A stretch of DNA of 55,319 bases, filler included, from Jimgerdemannia flammicorona (Eukaryota), in assembly GCA_003990765.1 (NCBI GenBank). It is 2 parts of 2 records of this genome, joined end to end, with 100 filler letters (N's around TTAATTAATTAA, not from the genome) between each part and the next. Parts side by side here need not be neighbours in the genome. Positions count along the whole stretch, not along the records: positions 27,729 to 55,319 come from RBNJ01000619.1; 1 more part is not named here. One strand, given 5' to 3'. Positions within the stretch are counted from its first letter, which is position 1. Every line of letters begins with the position of its first letter. The notes beneath the pieces are model-generated. The model was not told the DNA's origin, made no database searches, and was given only the letters and a program-made list of their open reading frames with translations. Positions 49,678-55,319 of this stretch are shown in pieces. Made by a program: the position numbers and the translations under genes.

Positions 49678-49715
<38 letters not shown>
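49662..49715. repeat. Compound homopolymer C24-T30
   Basis: Read directly from the sequence. Confidence 0.9.
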
Positions 49716-49718
<3 letters not shown>

Positions 49719-50726
49719 AACCAGCATTGCGCAACGTCCGGGTTCAACGTCGATTTCCGCACCGAAAGTTCAAAGCACGACCCAGAAAGATCCGCATATT
49801 GCTGAGGCTGCGCTGGCAATGGCTCCAATTCTGTGCCGTCTAGGAGAAACATTAACCGACATCTGCAGGATCGTCGTTGTATTGTTTATCCTGTCCGTAG
49901 CGGAATTTGAATAACCCCAAAACAAGCAGTCGTGCCAGCGCTTGTTTGTAAGATCGCCGAATCTCGAGGCATCGTAGACGGGCCCTGTTCTTATCGATCG
50001 TGAGGGTGGCGAAATTGACGTCAATCAAGATCCCACTCCCCATCGCGTGCCCCCAGCATTTCGGGCATTTGCTGCGTATCTTGTCCAAAGGGAAAACTCC
50101 AGTTCGAAGAAAATAGACAGACAATAATTCTCAAGGTAGTGAGCTCGTTGATGTCAGACAACGCATCATCGGATTCTTTTAAAAAAAATATTATTTAAGT
50201 AATAAAAAAATAAAAATAAGCATGTCATTTCTACCCCACAAAATAAACCATGTGACCACGAATGCAATCTTGTGTAATCCTACGCATTTCGCTTATTTCC
50301 GCGTAGCCCGATTTGTCTCACTAATACATGAGTCGAGTCCACGTAGTTGACGGAAGGATTGTGATTGTATACTGATCTTTGATTTATATTGGAATTGACT
50401 GGTTTTAGAACCATGTAATATACAGCACTTTTTACAGAAATAATTCTGTTATCTTGAATGATCGATCTAAATTAGCAAAATCTCAAGTCCCTGGCTACCG
50501 CGCCGACAATTTTCCTGGTTCGCGTGGAGAAATTGTTTAGTGATTGGACAGGAGAGACAGTCAGGTGGTGTCGTCCCTCCGCGGAACATTTTCGAAAAAG
50601 TGACGTCGAACGTGGGCCCATAACATCAACAAACCGGATGTGCCGTGTGGAACTGAGTCATTTCCCACCCGTAGAACGATATCCACTGAACTCCCTGAAA
50701 CAACATTCGTCCTCAATTGCAACGAA

Positions 50727-51624
50727 ATGGTCAAGTTCTATCAACACACACATACCTATCAGTAAGTATTTCATTATACCTCTTTTCTCGGCAATTCTCT
50801 CCATGAAACTCCAACGCAATTACGTTTTCTCGCGAAGTGCCATCACCTCAATATTCCCAACTCAAGTATCTGTTTTCCAAGGCATCCCTGGCAGAACGTC
50901 ACTTATGCCTTTTGGCTACGGTACCCGAATCCATTCGCCTCCCACGTCATTGGAGCCGACGTTCTTGAGCGTTCTGTCGACCCCGTCACGGGTGTGCTGA
51001 GGACCACGAGACTCTTATTGAAGAGCGGCGTGCTGCCAAAGTGGGCGCCAAAGGGGGTACGTATGTGGCCTCTTGCTGATTGCTTGGAATTGCACGAAAT
51101 TGATGGTATAGGCAATAGCGGCTTTGCCAAGCATTAGAGTTGGGAGTTGAATTATGATTCCAATGCGACTGGCACTCATATGGAATTGTATCATAAATCC
51201 TCTAACCACCACCAACAGATCGTCAAGAGCCCTGAAACCTTCGTAATTGAGGAGTCGGAGGTGGACCCCAAGACGCACACAATGATCACGCGCACTAAGA
51301 ACCTGTCGCATGCGCGCGTTATGCAGGTCGAGGAGACCCAAATTGTCAAGCTATCGCCTGAGAACCCGGAGTGGACTACCGTCCGCACCGAGGCCCGTGT
51401 CATCTCCCGCTTCGGATGGGGTCTCACGCAACGGATCGAGAGGTTTGGAGCAAAGCGGTTCGCGGATAACACGGCGAGGGTACGTATATGTGACTGCTCA
51501 TTTCTCATGTTTTCCGCATGGCCTAATCTGCGATACTTTCCTTTTGGCCACCCAGGCACGCCAAGGCATGTCGTACGTCCTTGAGATGATCCGCGAGAAG
51601 CGATTATTAAGACCATCCATATGA
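50727..51624 (+). CDS. UPS1: PRELI/MSF1-domain mitochondrial intermembrane lipid-transfer protein (Ups1-like), 4 exons
   Basis: MVKFYQHTHTY / HPWQNVTYAFWLRYPNPFASHVIGADVLERSVDP..LRTTRLLLKSGVLPKW / FVIEESEVDP..TRTKNLSH..VEE / ARQGMSYVLE; canonical GT-AG introns. Confidence 0.9.
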
Positions 51625-52380
51625 AGGTTCCTTTACCGATTTCTCCTGACCTTGAGAGAATTGGACAGCCGAAAAAACGACAGTCTCCCGGTGAGACGTA
51701 CCCCATCAGCAGGCGGCGGTTTCGACACGTGTAGATAGTGTAATTTGAAAAAAAAATCTGCTTCTTGGAACTTACACACCATTGTTATATTTGTGGTTAA
51801 CCACTGTACAAAACAAAACAAAAACATTACCATTCACTGTGTACTTTCATCAAGCAGAGGGTTGTATGCAATATGCTACGTGTGGATAAAAAATTCCAAT
51901 GAAAGGATAGAGACGGTATATGGGGGATTCGCAATTAATTTTTTTTTAATCGTCTTCACATGGCCAACAATTCATGTGGAGTCTGTTCCCAATAAACCGC
52001 TACATTAGGAGAAAAAAAACGACAAGTCCCACACGAGCAATCTCTACACTAGCCGCGGGTAGTCTCTTACGTCATCGTCCCTACGAGCGTGTCGTTACTA
52101 AGCCATAATATGTGACGTCACCATCTCTATCAAGTTCTACTATCTGTGCGCGGTTGCGATTTGCTCCATTTTTATTTATTATCTTTATCCATGTAGATGA
52201 AAAATGTTTTTTTTTTTTTTTGTTCAATGACAGACGAAACAAATCATCACAAAGCCTGTCTGCATGAACATACAATATGCGATCACATGTAAGACCGATT
52301 TCGGCTCTCGTCACGACACGAGCAAAAAGACAATACCAAAGAAAATTTTGTACGACTCCAAGGGATAGAGAATCTCGTAT

Positions 52381-53769
<1,389 letters not shown>

Positions 53770-54794
53770 TCAGGCCACCGTCATATGAGAAACACATGCA
53801 CCAATGTTCCTTGCCATTATCACCGCCATCTCTGCCCTTCCACGCCCTTCCATCATTAGTCCCTGCACATTGCCCGTGTTCTCCCGAAAATAAATAACTC
53901 ACAGAGGAACCTGGCCGTTGATGCCATCCTTTCGCCCTCTCCCGGCCGGGCGTTCTCGCCGACAACGCCCACCCGTCTCACATGGACCGATGGAACGGAA
54001 ATGTACATATTTCGCCCCTACATGCGACCCGCGGACGCCGTCGAGACGGACGCGAACTTGTCCCAGAAATCCGTTGTCCGAACCGACGGAACTCTTCGTC
54101 CCATCGCGTGACCACCCTCCCCCACACACCCCACCTCCAGCTAGACAATTGCCAAAGCGTCTCCCACAAACGACGCGAACGTCCTCGAACCCGATCTGCG
54201 TCTGACTTATCGCCCGCGATATCTGGGATCTTTTTTTATTTTTCTTTTTTTCGCTACGGTCATGACAGGTCGTGAATCACATCCTTATCATATGCGTAGC
54301 TATGCTATATCGTCTTGATCTATAATTGGGCGCGGTCCGCGTGGTTTGTTTTTATTGTTACGCGCGCTGTTTTTCGTGCCGCCTCTCATTCTCTTCCACA
54401 TTTTGTAACAGCCCTAAATAGAGCCGCTACTATCCACATTCATCATACCACCATTGCGACCAGAACAAGCCCATCCATCATTACATGATCCCCTCTGCGC
54501 CACGCAGCCACCTCACCATTCTTCTCTCCTGATCCCAGATTGCTCGTCACAAAAACGCGGTCCATCCGATCTGTGTAACTACAGATTACAACTTCCGTGA
54601 CATCACACACACTCTCGAACCAGTCGTAAGCGAGCATCAAGATCTACATTCACTAACGACCCGACAAATACATTGCCTCTTGAACCCTACTACCTTGCGT
54701 CTATCTAATCGCACAGCCCTCTTAAATCCTCCCACATCGTGTCTATCTAATCGCACATCTCTACGTCATCAACCCCCAACCCCAACGAACATGT

Positions 54795-55058
54795 TCATTC
54801 GACCCCCTCCCCCAGCACCCCGATCTCCTTCTCCATTTCAGTGAAGATATCAACCCCTGCCTCGAGCGAGTTGACCAGTACTGCCAGTCGGGAATCGTCA
54901 AATCCCTCCTCCCGTCGGATTTTGTCTAAATCGCCGCCGAACGCCTGCGTCATCCGCGACATGTACAGGTCGCGGAAGCGTTGTGCCGCAGCTGGAGTTG
55001 AGAGGAGGGAGCTGGGGAGCGTGGATGGAATGGAGAAAGGATAGGCAGTCGCGGAGTT
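54795..55058 (-). CDS. RSA3: Ribosome-assembly protein 3 (Rsa3) domain, last exon; upstream exons not resolved
   Basis: A minus-strand frame absent from the ORF track reads QRFRDLYMSRMTQAFGGDLDKIRREEGFDDSRLAVLVNSLEAGVDIFTEMEKE..*. This matches the Rsa3 pattern F..Y...T..F.DDLD..R....F....L..L...L..G..F. A TAG acceptor lies at 55061-55059. Confidence 0.72.
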   Translation of the reverse strand, partial: NSATAYPFSIPSTLPSSLLSTPAAAQRFRDLYMSRMTQAFGGDLDKIRREEGFDDSRLAVLVNSLEAGVDIFTEMEKEIGVLGEGVE

Positions 55059-55197
55059 CTAGATCAATTGTGGGAGATGTATAATCATTGGAGTGAGATA
55101 ATGCTCGGGAAAGGGGTTTACCATCGATGAAAATAAAATTCTTAAAACTTGCTTTAGTTTTCTGCTCCTCCATTTTGCTCTTGCGTGCCAGCCCTTC

Positions 55198-55319
55198 ATT
55201 CTCCTCCTCCTCCTCCTCCTCCTCCTCCTCATTCTCCTCCTCCATTTCCATTCACTTTCCCTCCCTCCTCCCTCCTCTTCCTCTCCTCTCCTTCCTTTGC
55301 CTCCTCCTCCTCCCCTTCC
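55198..55319. repeat. (CCT)n / CT-rich low-complexity tract
   Basis: Read directly; could encode an acidic Glu run on the minus strand. Confidence 0.75.

Noticed and set aside
49720..50124. Short minus-strand ORFs with a CPKC motif
   Set aside because: The frames are broken and no family is recognisable; the evidence cannot support a call.
54898..55251. 117-aa Glu-rich ORF as the complete gene
   Set aside because: Its 3' half overlaps the Rsa3-like exon in a different frame, and the candidate intron (55121-55059) does not join the two in phase.

Overview
Intron-rich fungal genomic DNA, probably Mucoromycota (Endogonales-like; inferred from the GAPDH sequence, intron style and RI-type LRR repeats). 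Conserved genes: M17 leucyl aminopeptidase (3'-truncated), very-long-chain 3-oxoacyl-CoA reductase, Aquarius helicase, secreted GH35 beta-galactosidase, PRELI/Ups1, GAPDH and the last exon of an Rsa3-domain gene, plus a DUF1399/GRDP pseudogene. About 4.6-28.6 kb is a CpG-depleted transposon island, heavily decayed by C>T/G>A changes. It contains four same-orientation L1/Tx1-type LINE copies in an age gradient, a 1.2-kb TSD-flanked non-autonomous retroelement and an artificial 100-nt scaffold linker. The most striking structure is at 39.26-41.40 kb: a tandem array of ~190-bp exon+intron units. Each exon is exactly 84 nt and encodes one 28-aa RI-like LRR, and phase-1 introns split the codon of a variable exposed residue. 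The array has no 5' end, and its last two exons plus the downstream sequence are flipped by a precise 542-bp inversion.
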